DNA of 64,000 nt from Podarcis cretensis (taxonomy: Eukaryota). The position numbers were made by a program, and so were the translations under genes. Location of the stretch: positions 22,816,001 through 22,880,000 of the forward strand of contig OX638153.1 in assembly GCA_951804945.1 (NCBI GenBank), given 5' to 3'. This document shows positions 26,122 through 39,199 of this stretch, piece by piece (the stretch's first letter is position 1; each line of letters starts with the position of its first letter). Below the pieces are notes generated by a model. That model did no database searches, had not been told where the DNA came from, and saw only the letters and a program-made list of their open reading frames with translations.

Positions 26122-26650
26122 GGGAGAAAATGGACAATAGGACTGTAAAATATATACCTGGCCTTTACAGTAACAGTACCGGGAAAAGAGCTTTGCCTCT
26201 TGCATTTTTCAGGAGGAGAAGTTCCAAGCAGACGTAAAATTCCTCTTTAGATTATTTGGACCCTAAAGCCAACATTAAGTTTAAAATATGTATGCTTGGG
26301 AAAGCAACATGGCCAGCTGCAGAGGGAATAGATGAATACTATATGAGGCTGAGACATTTAGCATTTGGAAACACTGATAAAGAGATCAGATCAAAGCTCA
26401 TGCAACATTGCAGTTCAGCTCATCTGACAAAGCCAGGACTCTCTAATTCTGGTGCTGTGTCAGGAGTAGCAAACATTGTGCAAATGTTGGTGGACAGCAA
26501 CTCCCATCGTCCCTGACCATTGGTCACCCTGGTTGTGGTTGATGGGAGTTGTATCTGGAGGGCACCACATTGGCTTGTGGTATAGCAACAGAACTTCTAC
26601 ATCTTGCATGTGATGTGGAAGTAACTGAAATACAAGTGGCTGGCACTGCA
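26122..26650 (+). pseudogene. Decayed Ty3/Gypsy gag fragment, split by a small MITE (~26461-26576)
   Basis: Collinear blocks GRKWTIGL*N..LLHFSGGEV / YLDPKANIKF..EGIDEYYMRLRHLAFGNTDKEIRSKLMQHCSSAHL / LLHLACDVEVTEIQVAG resemble recalled Gypsy gag motifs (W..W...FEN, LLHYAGEEV, YFxPKxN, E.IDxYxxRLRxLA, IRxQIIQxC). Confidence 0.7.
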
Positions 26651-26784
26651 CTGAAGATCAAAAGCTGCAGACTGAAAAAGGGGCATGTATTTCAAATCTA
26701 TGCATATTTACTCAGAAATACTTCCCACTGTGTTCTAAGCAACTTATTCTTAAGGTCCATGTGATTGCTGCCTTAATGTGCAAT

Positions 26785-27234
26785 CAGGCATGTCCAACCA
26801 GTCAATCGCGATCCATCGGTTGATCCTGTGGCGTTCCTTGTCGACCATGGTTGATTGCGCCGGTGCTTTAGTGAATGCCTTATTTTCCTGTGTCTGCGGT
26901 TAGTGTGTGTGAATGAGTGAGAGCTGCAGACTTTAGGGCAGGCTTCCTCAAATTCAGCCCTCCAGATGTTTTGAAGCTACAATTCCCATCATCCCTGCCC
27001 ACTGGTCCGGCTAGTTAGGGATCATGGGAGTTGTAGGCCAAAAACATCTGGAGGGCCGAGTCTGAGGAAGCCTGCTTTAGGATGAGCTATTTAATGCAAG
27101 GGTCTCTCCCTCAACAACTTAGGTCTCCCCCCCTAAAAAAGCTCAACAGCTATGTGCAATCTCAATGGGTAGATCACTCCCAGTTTTATTATACTGGGAG
27201 TAGATCACAGTCTCTATAGAGTTGGACATGCCTG
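26785..27234. mobile_element. Non-autonomous hAT element with a nested MITE
   Basis: Perfect 14-bp TIRs caggcatgtccaac / gttggacatgcctg; TSD not evident. Confidence 0.8.
26939..27074. mobile_element. Palindromic hAT MITE
   Basis: Long inverted arms caggcttcctca... / ...tgaggaagcctg; TSD ctttaggg / ctttagga. Confidence 0.9.
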
Positions 27235-29043
27235 CTATAGATGTATACTCAAAAGTAAGTCCCACTGAGTTCAATGGAGTCTATTTCCAGGTAAGCAGGT
27301 GTAGAATGGCAGCCAAAAATAGGCAAATCAAGTACCGAGACCGAGACAGAAAAGGAAGCTTTCCCTTCTGGGGTGGGGGTGATTTCCATAAAACCCATTC
27401 CCTGCATATGGGAAAGTATGGAGTTTTCTGGGGAAAAGGGAATTTATTCTTGAAGTATGCCTAAAGACGCAAAAGAAGCAAAAGCCTACAAACACAGCAC
27501 AGCTTCAAGCAAATAAAAGAATTCAAGAGCTGGGCAATGAATAAGATTATGTTTTTGGAATGAAGACAACACCAAAGAATACTGAGAAAGATACAGGCAG
27601 CCCAAAGCAACTGTTTACATGAGAAACACTGAAATATAACTGCATGTTGATAAGGAAGAACTGTAACAATTCTAGATGAAGCAATACTGGGAGAACTGAA
27701 GCAGTAACTGTTCCACACTTGAACATGCAACCATTACAGTGGATCATATGAGTCCACGGTGAAAATCCAAATTTAATGCACATTTACTACTATGGCAAAA
27801 ATTTAAAATACTGAGTACAGTACTGCTACTGTTTTCAGAGCTGAAGGAAATTAAGGCTCTCTGTTTAAGGAGCAGCCATTGCTCTGAACATCATCAAGCC
27901 TGCCTGCAAAGCAAACACATTGCCAAAGGATGAGGCAATGGATATGATGATGAATTTCAAGGAAATGAAGAAGTGAAAGATTTAAAAATTAAAATACATA
28001 TTCATGATAATGTGAAGTTAATCATATGGTCACACAGAGGTATGCAGTTCCTTATTAGGGGTGGACAAGGAAGTGGTGCCACAAAGATTAGAAACAACAG
28101 GCATCCTAGAAGTGGTTAAAGGAACAACAACAATGGCCTTCTACTACACAATACTATAGCTGTTAACTTGGAAATAAGTTGCATTGACTTCAGTGGGATT
28201 TACTCCTAGGTAAGTGTGTGTAGGATTTCAGCTTTCTTCTACCTCCAGCAGACCTCTTTCCAATGATCTAATCACCAGGCATGAGACAATAATCTGTATA
28301 CACAACCTGTTTTAGGCATTAGAAGAGAAACAGAACAAGATTTCTCAAATTTCCCTTCTAAAAGTACACATGGTTAAACATCTGAAGAACAAAGCAACAG
28401 GGCCTTTTCTTTCCAAATAAAGTTGAGGTGATGGAGTTGCATAGAGTTGAAATACTCCAGCATTCTCACCACCCCTGAAAACTTCCCTTTGAGAAATTCT
28501 GGTTTGCATAATATTGCACGAGACTCTATTATTAGCTCATATTGATGGATGGAGGAAACAGTGGACTAAAAGTAGAGTAATGGAAGGATTAGAACCAAAC
28601 CCCTTGCTGCCTCTAACCATAGTCTAATAATTCCAAATTATATTAACTGTATCCTGAAATTCTGCACCCTTTTCTCAGGTGGAGAAACTGAGGAGGATAT
28701 TTGACTCAACAGTCTCGGAAAGAAAAGAAAAATATGTCCCAAAATGGTCTTCTAAGCCATTTTTTGCTCATAGTGCAATCTGTTAGAATAGGAATGGCAG
28801 TTGATTCTCAAGAATAGGAAGTTAGATCTGCCCAAATTGCATCTTGCAAAACACTGCTGTATCTTTGCAGGCACCTGCTAATGCCTGTGTCAGTGTGTCC
28901 TAGACTATGGTGTTTTAGTCTACAAGACTTGAATCCTCATAGCTTAGATATTTAACTGGTGTGAGATTGTAGAAACCAATGGGAGGGCTGTGTTTTGTAG
29001 GGCAAAACCTCATGCGCCAGTGAATGCCTATCAGATAATATAA

Positions 29044-29045
<2 letters not shown>

Positions 29046-29080
<35 letters not shown>

Positions 29081-29081
29081 G
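29046..29081. repeat. (TTG)n microsatellite
   Basis: Direct reading. Confidence 0.95.
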
Positions 29082-29475
29082 GCAATCTCAAGCCTCTCTG
29101 GGTTAGAAAACACAGATCTGCCAGTGTTTTCCCCTGACACTTTGCCTAATCCCTTTTGAGAGTGTCTGAAATGCTCAAGGCACAGAGTCAGCTAAAATTC
29201 TCCAGGAAAAAAAAATCACAAGCGAAACATGTCACTTACCCATATTATTTCAGACAGAAGCTCTCCCACCACTGGCTCAGTTTGTTTACAGCTATGCTAA
29301 TAGTGACATGAAGTAAAGCATTGTTTTGACAAACTCGTGAGGGAACCTTATAAAAATCAGAGCAAACAGCTGTTAAGCTGTGAGTGGGAAGTTAGCTTAT
29401 TTGACAAGATTTGGACACTGGCTTCTATGATGTTTGTTTTCTACAAAAGAATAATAAAATAAAATGTTTCTTTAA

Positions 29476-29560
29476 TGCAGTCCTGCGCATGTCTTCTTAG
29501 AAGTAAGTCCCACTGCATTCAACGGGACTTACTTGCGAGTAACTGTATAGAGGGCTGCAT
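29476..29560. repeat. Ancient hairpin repeat (family also near 22190, 27250, 28170, 37850, 61890)
   Basis: aagtaagtccc-actgcattcaac-gggacttactt stem-loop with degenerate outer arms. Confidence 0.65.
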
Positions 29561-30278
29561 CTTTCATTTCCCCAGAAAATAATAGTAATAATTTCACGTA
29601 CTGCTTATTGGTAGACATTTTGGGAGCCAGCAGTAGTGGGTACTGGGTATTTTCTGAAGATTACCACATATAATCCTTTGCAATACTTTAAACCAGTGTT
29701 CCACAAACCCTGAGATTCCTTTATTGGGCACTTCTTATTAATGGTGTAATGGTGCAAAGGGATGGATGGGCCCATTTAAGCCTAGTCCATCCCAGCAATT
29801 CATGTGGCTTTCCAGGTGGAGTTTTAAAGGGAAATCCTGCAGAAACATAAAAAGTGAAGTTCTTACAAGGTGCTCTGAGGGTTGCACACTGCCCCAATCC
29901 CTCAAATAAAACAAAATCTTCTTTTGAACTTTTCCAAATAGGACATAAGGTAGCTTGCCGTCTGGAGTGGGTTGTGTGGGGGACACCTTGATGCCTCACA
30001 CTTTGAGAATACAGAAGCAAGTCCCACAGGGAGAGATGGAATGTGCTAGCGTTTTGCCACCCTCAGGCAGAATTTGACAGAAAAAGGTGTCGGGGAGGGG
30101 CAGTCATGTTTTCCCCCCAGCAAAGTTCCTCTGGAGAGAGATGGGATGTCATCAAATGACAGAGCACTTACTGCATCTGCACCCAAAGTGTGCAGCAGCA
30201 AGGAGCCCGTGTATTAGCTGCTCTAGGCTGTGGGTGACTGGCTACTCTATTTTGAAAAGAAAGAAAGAGAAGAAAAAC

Positions 30279-30392
30279 TGTTATGTACTGAGCTGAATCC
30301 TAGAACAATAGGATCCAGAATGCAGCAGTCTGATTGGTCCACAGGAGCTACCCAATCCAGCTCCAGGTGGAAGTGAATCTGCAATCTGATTG
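30279..30392 (+). mobile_element. Truncated LTR 5' part (Gypsy-type, recalled lacertid repeat)
   Basis: Starts TGTTATGTACTGAG; repeated ctgattgg/ccaatc (CCAAT) boxes. Confidence 0.5.
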
Positions 30393-30995
30393 CCGTAGCA
30401 TGAATATAGCACTTCAGCAGGTGTTTCCGCTGAACAAACTGGCATCTGGCATTTTTACAATGTCAAGATTACTGAAATAGAGCTTAGCATATATAAATCT
30501 TCCTAAAGGTTTATTTGAATCTTATTAGTGCCACTCAGGAAAAAAATCAGCAAAATCCTTCATGTTCCATGTTGGAAAATTAGTCTGGGTTATGTTGAGA
30601 GGTGCCTCTGTGGGTCTGCTCTGTGAGTTTTATAATCAAATAATGAAATGTCAGTTATGCTATATTGTATTTTTGACAATGAAGCCTCTGGCACTAATGA
30701 GCTGAGCTGATGTGATGGTTTGTAACATTCCAACTACATGAAGAACAAAACTGTCAACAGCAAAACGTTTAGAATCCAGTTTCTATGAGAAGGGATAGTT
30801 GGTCTGTTTAGCACTGTATAAACCTCATATGGGCCCTATAGATAGAGGAGTTCCCAAGTCAAGCTTTGTTTGTGTGAATATTCATCTTTTTCCTTTTCAA
30901 CCTTTTTGGTACTGCCTTTTCACTTCCTACTGTTTCTTCTTCCTTTCTGAGCTGATCAACTGAGTATGATCAGAGATCACTCAGTGAATGGGATA

Positions 30996-31093
30996 CAGTG
31001 GTGCCCCGCAAGACGAATGCCTCGCAAGACGGAAAACCCGCTAGACGAAGAGACTCGCGGAACGGATTAATTTCGTCTTGCGAGGCACCACTG
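30996..31093. mobile_element. 98-bp Tc1/mariner MITE
   Basis: TIRs cagtggtgccccgcaagacgaa / ttcgtcttgcgaggcaccactg, TA TSD; CpG-rich (young). Confidence 0.9.
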
Positions 31094-31224
31094 TAATGTT
31101 ACAAGATCAGCACTATTTGGTCATGCAAAGAAGCGACTGAAAGTGAGGGTAACAGTCAGCAAGGGAAGGTTTTCAAAAAAAATGAAGGAAAAAAAGCTAA
31201 AAGGGGAAAGTGGTGCTAGTTATG

Positions 31225-31573
31225 TGACCCCCCCGAGCGATATGGTGGAATGCTCTGTCACAAGAGACTAGGCCCTGTGGGACTTGACATCTTTCCGCAG
31301 GGCTTGCAAGATGGAGCTGTTCCACCAGGCCTTTGGCTAAGACATAGTCTGACCCCCCTCTCTCCTTCTGTAATCATAGAACTCTCATAGAACTCTAGCC
31401 CAATGGTTGCCATTAATTTGATTTTGAATTGATTTTAGAATGTATTTTAATTTATTGACTGTGATTTTATGTACACTGTGCTATTTTTACTTGTTGTTAG
31501 CCACTCTGAGCCCGGCTTTGGCCGGGGAGGGCAGGATATAAATAAAAAATTATTATTATTATTATTATTATTA
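31225..31573 (+). mobile_element. L2-type LINE 3' end with (TTA)n tail
   Basis: tggaatgctctg...gagctgttccaccaggcctttgg; gttagccactctgagccc...gatataaataaa(tta)n. Confidence 0.75.
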
Positions 31574-32219
31574 ATGCTGACATTCATTAAAAAAAACAAC
31601 CTCAGAACCATATTTAAGAGGAGACCACTACTTCCCAAAGAAACCTCAACACAATATTAAGACTTCAACATTGGAGGGACAAATTTTGCCTACAAAAAAC
31701 ATCATTGCCTCCCCTCTCCCCTCCACCAAATGTATAAAACTAAACTTCAGTTAAAGCTTGCATGCAAAAACGTGAGGGTGGGAGAAAAGGGAAAGGGTGC
31801 CTTTGTTTCATTTGCAGGCACTTCTGGAAGGCAGGGGAGAAGTGAAAATCAGTGCTTTCCTTTCTTTCGTTTTCCTCCCTTGGCTAATGTGTACCAACCT
31901 CCCCCATTTCTAAGCACACGGATAATTGCAAGTGAACATTACCGCAGTAACACTGGGAATCAGGCTCTGAAAGTACATGACATGCTTAGCTAAATTTAAT
32001 TGGTCACCTTGAATTATAACGTCAATGGTTACGGTCAAACTTTAATTTTACCAAGCCACAGAGGTTGCCTCTGCTAACGATGAGATCAGCAAAACTCTTC
32101 AAACGATATATGCTATTTTGCAACCAAAAATTCAGCTGCACAAGACATTAAATATATTTGCCTGCCCTGCTTGCTACTCTGTCCATCTTGCTGTCTAGCA
32201 TGATAAGTCTGTAACAGTA

Positions 32220-32461
32220 CAGTGGTACCTCAGGTTACATACGCTTCAGGTTACATACACTTCAGGTTGCACACTCCACTAAGCCAGAAATAGTGCTTCA
32301 GGTTAAGAACTTTGCTTCAGGATAAGAACAGAAATCAGGCTCCGGCGGCACGGCAGCAGCAGGAGGCCCCATTAGCAAAAGTGGTGCTTCAGGTTAAGAA
32401 CAGTTTCTGGTTAAGAACAGACCTCCGGACCGAATTAAGTACTTAACCTGAGATACCACTG
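32220..32461. mobile_element. Tc1/mariner MITE
   Basis: cagtggtacctcaggtta TIR, TA TSD. Confidence 0.92.
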
Positions 32462-34614
32462 TACAAAGGATTTAACATTAGAAATACCAAGGATATTACA
32501 CTGGGAATTTGTGATGAGCTGCAAGACTTACATAGTTTTTTTCTCTAGGTACTGTACTTAAGAATTCAGTATCACAAAAGTGTGACTCATGTTAGAAGGT
32601 AACAAATACATTATATTCACAACACTTTAATTCTGGTGCTATCAACATCATGTACAAAGAAATGCACAGTGCTTGATAGATGACTTAGGAATGATAACAG
32701 GTAAAAGCAATTAATTATGTTATCTATTTCTCAGAATGTTTGTTCATACTGAAAATCCAGTCCTGACAAGGGGATTTAGAGGAAAGTCCACCTAGCAGGC
32801 AGGGAGACATCCAAAATGATACCAAGCATGAGATCAGGGTATAGGCATTTAGTCCAGGTATGGAAAACAGGTTCCACCTAGCAGGCCAGAACTTGAGCTC
32901 ACCCTGACCTCCTGCAGATCACTTTGGCAGATAGGTGGGGCTGCCCATCTGTCATTTACCAGGTGTCATCATTATGTAAGGTGAGTCATCTTCAAATGAA
33001 CCAATAAGGAGCATTTTCCAAGTATTGGAATTCAGGGGAATATTATGAAGCCAACAGTCGGAGAGCCATTCATGCAGAGATTAGTAGTAATGCTTAGCAT
33101 CTGTATAGAGGTTTTGAGTGTTCAAAGGTGGAACCCTTTCAGATGTGGGCTGTTAATGCTCCTGTATGTACACTGCCAGTCAGTGTAGACAATGCCAAAC
33201 CAAGTGGACCAATGGCCTGACTTTGTATAAGCCAGCTTCCTATGTTCTTAAGGCCACCAAGTGAGTTCTTGGCAAAAGAAGCAGTGGACTAGGAACTTCC
33301 TCCTTCACAGGCCTTCTCATAAGCCTACTCACTTCACTAAATCACACCAGCTCTCCATTAATGATGAAATTAACACAGTCTTTAAAAAATGTTGCTCATT
33401 GTCTCAAGTGCTTTTTAAGGAATCGTGGTTTATGTGTTTTAAGAATGCATTTCAGATTTCAGCACTGGTGAGGATTTATGAGACAGAAGCCACTAAGTAC
33501 TTAGATTCAGAACACATTTGCTTGCACGAGTTTGGATTTCAATTGACATAATTAGGGATGGGAGAGAAATTTGATTTTCTTTACATTTTAATGATAAACT
33601 ATATAATTTGCTTTTCTTGAAACTGTATATGAACCTAGACATGATTATCCTCTGAAATTCACACACTTCCAGATTTTGTGTTGCAGGTCTCCAACTAAGC
33701 AATGGTTTAAAAATGCATACGTTAATGAATATAACATTGCAATATCACATTAGGGGGAATTGCTTACAGAAATGTGCATTTTTTTCAAAACTGCATGTAC
33801 AAAAAAAAAGGAAAAAATTGCACTCAAATGCTGAACTTCTAAAGAAATTCACAGACTGATGTGGAAATGTGGAGAAATGAATATAGGATTGGAAAAATAA
33901 GAAATGAAAGAGCTTCAAAGTAACATTCCTCCATTTGTACAAGTATTCTTGGGAGCAGTGGGTTTCTGGATTAGAACTTTAAAAGCATGAAGATCACAGG
34001 AAGACTTGCCCCTATCTTGTAACACTGACTCTTCTCTAAGTGACATTTCTTCTCAGTTAAGGCTTTGTTTAACTCATGGTGAAATATTCAGTCCCAGACA
34101 CGTGGTCAGAAGAGAAGCAGCACAGTTACTGCTGCTGCATTTTCATGGGATGTGACATTTCCTACAAAGGTAAGTAGAGACACAGCCTGTTTTGTACACA
34201 TTCTACTTTGTTTCAGTTTAAATGTGTTAATTTTTATTATCTGCTCTTAGGGGCACAGGATTTTTTCTGATAGTAATCTAGAAGTTGTCAACATTTTTGT
34301 TACATTCACACATCCAGGACTGATTCTCCACCATCATACTTCGGCTAGAAAGCAACTGCATCTTGCATTTTGCATCCAGCTACAGCAAAATGGTAAACCC
34401 CTGAATAACGCGTATGAATTCACTTTACAGTGTTACATGATTAAATGATTTTAACTGATCAGGGTTCCACCTAATCATTCCTGTAGTCAAGAGAATAAGA
34501 GACCAGCGCTACCTTAGGAGTACTTCAAACAACACATGCAGTGAGGCTTGGGAGAGGCAACCAGATTCATATAAAGCCCATGCTTTTAGCATCCAGTAAA
34601 GTCTTGTTTCAAGT

Positions 34615-34835
34615 CAGAAGGGCCTGCTGGATCAGGCCAGCAGCCTATCTAATCCAGCATCCTGTTTTCATAATGGCCAACCAGATGCCTGCAGGAAACC
34701 CACAAGCAGAATTCAAGCCCCAATCACTCTGCCTTCCTGTGGCTTCCAGCAATGGGTATTAAGCATAATGCCTACTTACTGCAGCAGCAGAGCATAGGCA
34801 TAATGGCTAACAGCCATGATGGCTCTCTCCTCCAT
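34615..34835 (-). mobile_element. CR1-type LINE 3' fragment (related copies 46782-47000, 48183-48260, 49168-49340)
   Basis: gcctgctggatcaggcca...tccagcatcctgtt...tggccaaccagatgcc block shared among copies; reverse of a (TTCTTATG) tail at some copies. Confidence 0.65.
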
Positions 34836-37800
34836 GGAAAAAAAAGTAACAAACTGAAAGAAGATAATTTCCTACAGGTAAGCGTGGAAGGAGAAAGCAA
34901 GCCCAAGGTTCTAATATGAGAGCTTTCCCGGCCCAAATTTTGGACATAGGGGTGAGATGGAAGGAGATCCAAATGGCCAGTGGAGCCAAATGTCTGAGTG
35001 CCATTCTCAACTCCCTTGTGGCAATACTCTCACACGACTTGCCAGTGCTGCTTATGGCAGCATCAAAACAACACCTTAACAAAAGGATGAAAGGCAAAAC
35101 GATGGCGCTACCCAGTCATATTGTGCCCCCAAACCACTTGGGGGGTAAGTCGCTGAAACGCACCACAAATCTGCCAGCTTAGAATTAATCAGTGAATTGG
35201 GGAGGGAAGGATTTTCAGCTTAGAAATAGTGGGTGCCGTGACTGCATATGGGACAGAAAAGAAAGTCCTATGCATCCACCAGGAGTTTTTGTTTGCTTGT
35301 TTTTGTTTTTGTTAGCTGGAAGAACAATTTAGACAATTGAAAAATCTTAGTCAACTAGTTGCTTTAAAAAAATGTTTTTCTTTTCTTTTCAGGGGAAGTG
35401 GAATGCAAGAGAAGAAAATGTGCTGTGATGTGGCTAATGTTGTTGTTGTTGCTTGCTGATGTGTGTGCTGAGTCTAAATAAAATACTCTCTCTCTTGGTT
35501 TCACTTCTTTATTTTGCGGTCTCCTTACATCATCACTACCACCCACGTCTTTCCACATTATAAATTGACAGTTGTCCCAAATATCTGTTTATTTCTACAA
35601 TGGATATACCACTTAACGCCATAGTTTCTAAGCACTGTACAACAGAAACTATTACTTTGAATGCCTGCAGGAATGATAATAGAACTTTCCCCCAAGCATT
35701 GCAATATAGTGACAGTTATAAAAAGTAATTATGGATCCATGAAAAAAGTGATTATACAAGATTTGTCTAATGAATGGAGAAATATATCCAGTAGAGTTTT
35801 CTGTTTAAACATGGATACGTTCACAGTAAGCTGAATCTGAATATCTGGTTCTGAATAGAACAATTATGTCAATATATCCATGTATCCCTATAACTTTTGT
35901 TGTTGAGGGGATATGTTTTAACAAGAAAAAGGATATGGTGTTCCTCCATATTTTATTATTATTATAAAACATCACTTCTAATCTCGAAATAATACAGTTC
36001 AGTCTGTGCTTTAGATTGATGAACCATGCCCAATTAAACAAGGCCACTGTGTCTTCAAATGGTGAACCACATACAGTACAAGTGGAAATCTTGAAAAATC
36101 CTACCCTCCTCAACACTTGTGCATCTGATTTCATGACCAGTTGCAGGTGCCTCATCTGGTATCACATTTCGACAACTTGTAAATATTCACAAAAATACTT
36201 TGGAAGGTTTTGCGCTGTCCTACATTTAATGCGTGAATGTCCTGGTGCAACTCTTAATTCTTTTCCACATATCTCTGGCAGTGCAGCCTACAAGACAGAA
36301 TCAGCCCTTGTTGTAGAGACTTTCCAGCTTGCTTTCTCTTAACATATGGGGCAAAGGGTGTCTGTGATGGGTCCCAGAGTGAACATTCAGGATGGCCACA
36401 ATTCAGGATGGGACATTAGCGTACCATGAAAGTGGCTGAAATGTGCCTTGAAAAAATGATGTGCTATGCTGGATGCATCTACTACTTTATGACCCTCTGG
36501 TTGAAGAGGATCTATCCTCCCTCTGTTTGCAAGTATATGGGTAGTACCTTCATCCTGAAGAAGGTAAGAAGAATGCACCTGGCAGCTGCCAGGCACAAGG
36601 GAATTTCAGAGCGTCACTCCAGACACTTGTCTGATGCGGGAAGAGTAGATAAATCAGAAGCCTCCCAACTGAGAGGAAGAGCAGTATGAATACAAAATAA
36701 ATATAAATAAAAAAATTAACTATCAGTCTTGTACATTGCAAGGAGGATTCCTGTCCATCATTTAGTAAGCTGATTGAGAAAATATATGTATATTTTTTAA
36801 AGCATGTGAAGCGTGTGCCCCTCCAAATTCAATCTGAAGGAACCCTATGCTTCAAGTCTTAACATTTCAGGAAATGTTGGCCCAGAGTCCTGCCTCTGGA
36901 TGTGGGAAACTCAGTTCCCCACTTGGTCAGAAATCTCATTGGGCAGCCTTGAGCAAGGTCACATTCATACCATATTTTTAAAGCACATCTGAAGCATATT
37001 TGTTCCACCATGGAATCCTGGGAACTAAACTGTTGAGAGTGCTGGGAATGGTAGCTATGTGAGAGGAATATTTCCCAGAATTCTTTGGGGGAAGCCTTGT
37101 GCTTTAAATGTATGCTGTGGATGTGACCTCAGACATTTTCTCTCTCCCCCCCCATTTCCACATAGTATTCCTGAGAGTATGTAATTAGAGAACTTAGTGT
37201 ACCATGAGCCCTTGAATGACAATTGGATACATCTAATAAATAAATGTGACATATAAATGAATATGTGCAAGAAGTAAGCAGTCTCCCCTTGCATCTCCCT
37301 TCTAGTTTGCTTTCTCTGCTTCCAGGCCTTTGCTTCCCCCCTTACTTTGCATTTCCATAAACTTAATCCATTGGTAGCTTGGATTAGTGGACTGAGATGA
37401 TGGATATTAGCCATGAAGTGCAGTTACTAGGAGTCATTGCTAAAGAACAAATTAGCTCAGACTTACTGTAATGTTGAGAGGGGCGTTTTGAAGTTTTTCT
37501 CATTTGCAGTTAGAATGTCTCCTCTTGTCACTGCAAATGATACAACTGTTGAAAAACTGGGGTTGCAACGTGAGTTAAACTGCTGAGTTCATAAAATATG
37601 AATGCCTAGAAAATGAATACACCAATGTTAAGTCGGTTAATCAGTTTTAGAGAAACAAAGGAACATTTTACTTACTATAAGATGCAGTTCCATGGGATAT
37701 TAATGAAGCCATAACAATGGCATCTTTGCCTCTGTGCTGGTCTTTTCTATATCCACTACATTTGTTCAGCAAAGATAGATTTAAATGTAGGCTTGGCATG

Positions 37801-37914
37801 GGAAAATGAGAAACTAAAATTGTTGGATTTGCCCATCCATACTCAGCAATAGGTCCGATTGAATTCAGTGGGGTTTACGCTCAGATAACAGGGTTAGGAT
37901 TGTAGAAAGAGATT

Positions 37915-38365
37915 TGTGGTTCGAGGACCCGACCCCGCGAAGTGAAATGAAGACACAAGGACACGTGATATAAGGTTAATGGGCTAGAAAAGGCCACAAC
38001 TTTATTGATTACAGCAATGAAAAGGTATTGGCTTAGGCACTGGATCGAAACAAGTGGGTTTATTCACCAGTAGGTGGAGCCTGTTGATGCTGATCCAACT
38101 ATAGTCTCACCTCCTGCTGTCACCGAGGGTCGTGCCATGGCCTCCCGCCAAGCAGGCATCGGACAGAATACACGACCGCCAGATTCCTTTAACGGAATAC
38201 CCCTAAACATTGAAGGCATAGGCGATGGCCACACCTAGCACTTCGACACACCACAACACATTATTCCAATGCCTAACCTACCCACCAATACCACAAAAGT
38301 TGTGACGATTGCTACGAGGTAGGCGAAAAAACCAAAAAGCCTAATGCCAAATGGAATTAAGAGGG
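37915..38365 (-). mobile_element. LTR-like fragment, related to 45859-46590
   Basis: TG start; shared block taaggttaatgggcta.a.aaggccacaactttattg.ttacag (AATAAA on minus); CpG-rich. Confidence 0.6.
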
Positions 38366-38973
38366 GAGGAATAAAAACAGAACATTTCAGAATGATCAAG
38401 TATCAGCAGAAACTTATGGATTAAACCAATCAGTTTTCCCAACAACAGCAATCTACTGCATGGTCACTGTGTATTTGCATGGGAGTAATAAAAGAGTACC
38501 ATTGAAGTGACAGCTTTTGAATCTAGTCTTTAAGACATCTTTCTGCAGGCTTGTGTTGAGTTTCATAAGCTTTCTGCAGGCTTTTCCATGAAGTGTAGAT
38601 GCCTGAGAGGGGTGAGTCGGGATGAGCACACCAGTTGCAGTCCCTGCCATCAACTGATCCCGGAAGTCTCAGTTGAAGGGAAGTGACTATGTGAAGCAGG
38701 GACCCAGCAGTATCTGTGAAAATTCTGGATTCCCAAAACTTCTCCTGTATCCATAGAGGCACCACACAATCTTGCTCTGTGAGTTGAGGCCTACAGAAAT
38801 GGTGATGGAGAAAGGTAGAGCAGTGTGCTCATCCCTGTGTACCACCCTTGTGTTTATTTTTCCTTAACCTCAGAACGTTTACAGAGGCTTTGGTTCCTAG
38901 TGCGACAGAATGCTGGGAAAATGCTGCTCCTTCTAATGCAGATTTGTAAAGCTAATTTTGACAGTCAGTTGTA

Positions 38974-39199
38974 CAGTGGTACCTCGGGTTAAGTACTTAA
39001 TTCGTTCCGGAGGTCCATTCTTAACCTGAAACTGTTCTTAACCTGAAGCACCACTTTAGCTAATGGGGCCTCCCACTGCCGCCGTGCCGCCGGACCCCAA
39101 TTTCTGTTCTTATCCTGAAGCAAAGTTCTTAACCTGAAGCACTATTTCTGGGTTAGCGGAGTGTGTAACCTGAAGCGAATGTAATCCGAGGTACCACTG
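38974..39199. mobile_element. Tc1/mariner MITE
   Basis: cagtggtacctcgg TIR, TA TSD. Confidence 0.92.

Noticed and set aside
34092-34169. Strong donor AAG|gtaagt with possible upstream acceptors
   Set aside because: The good acceptor gives stops in all three frames, the nearer acceptor lacks a pyrimidine tract, and no recognisable peptide results.
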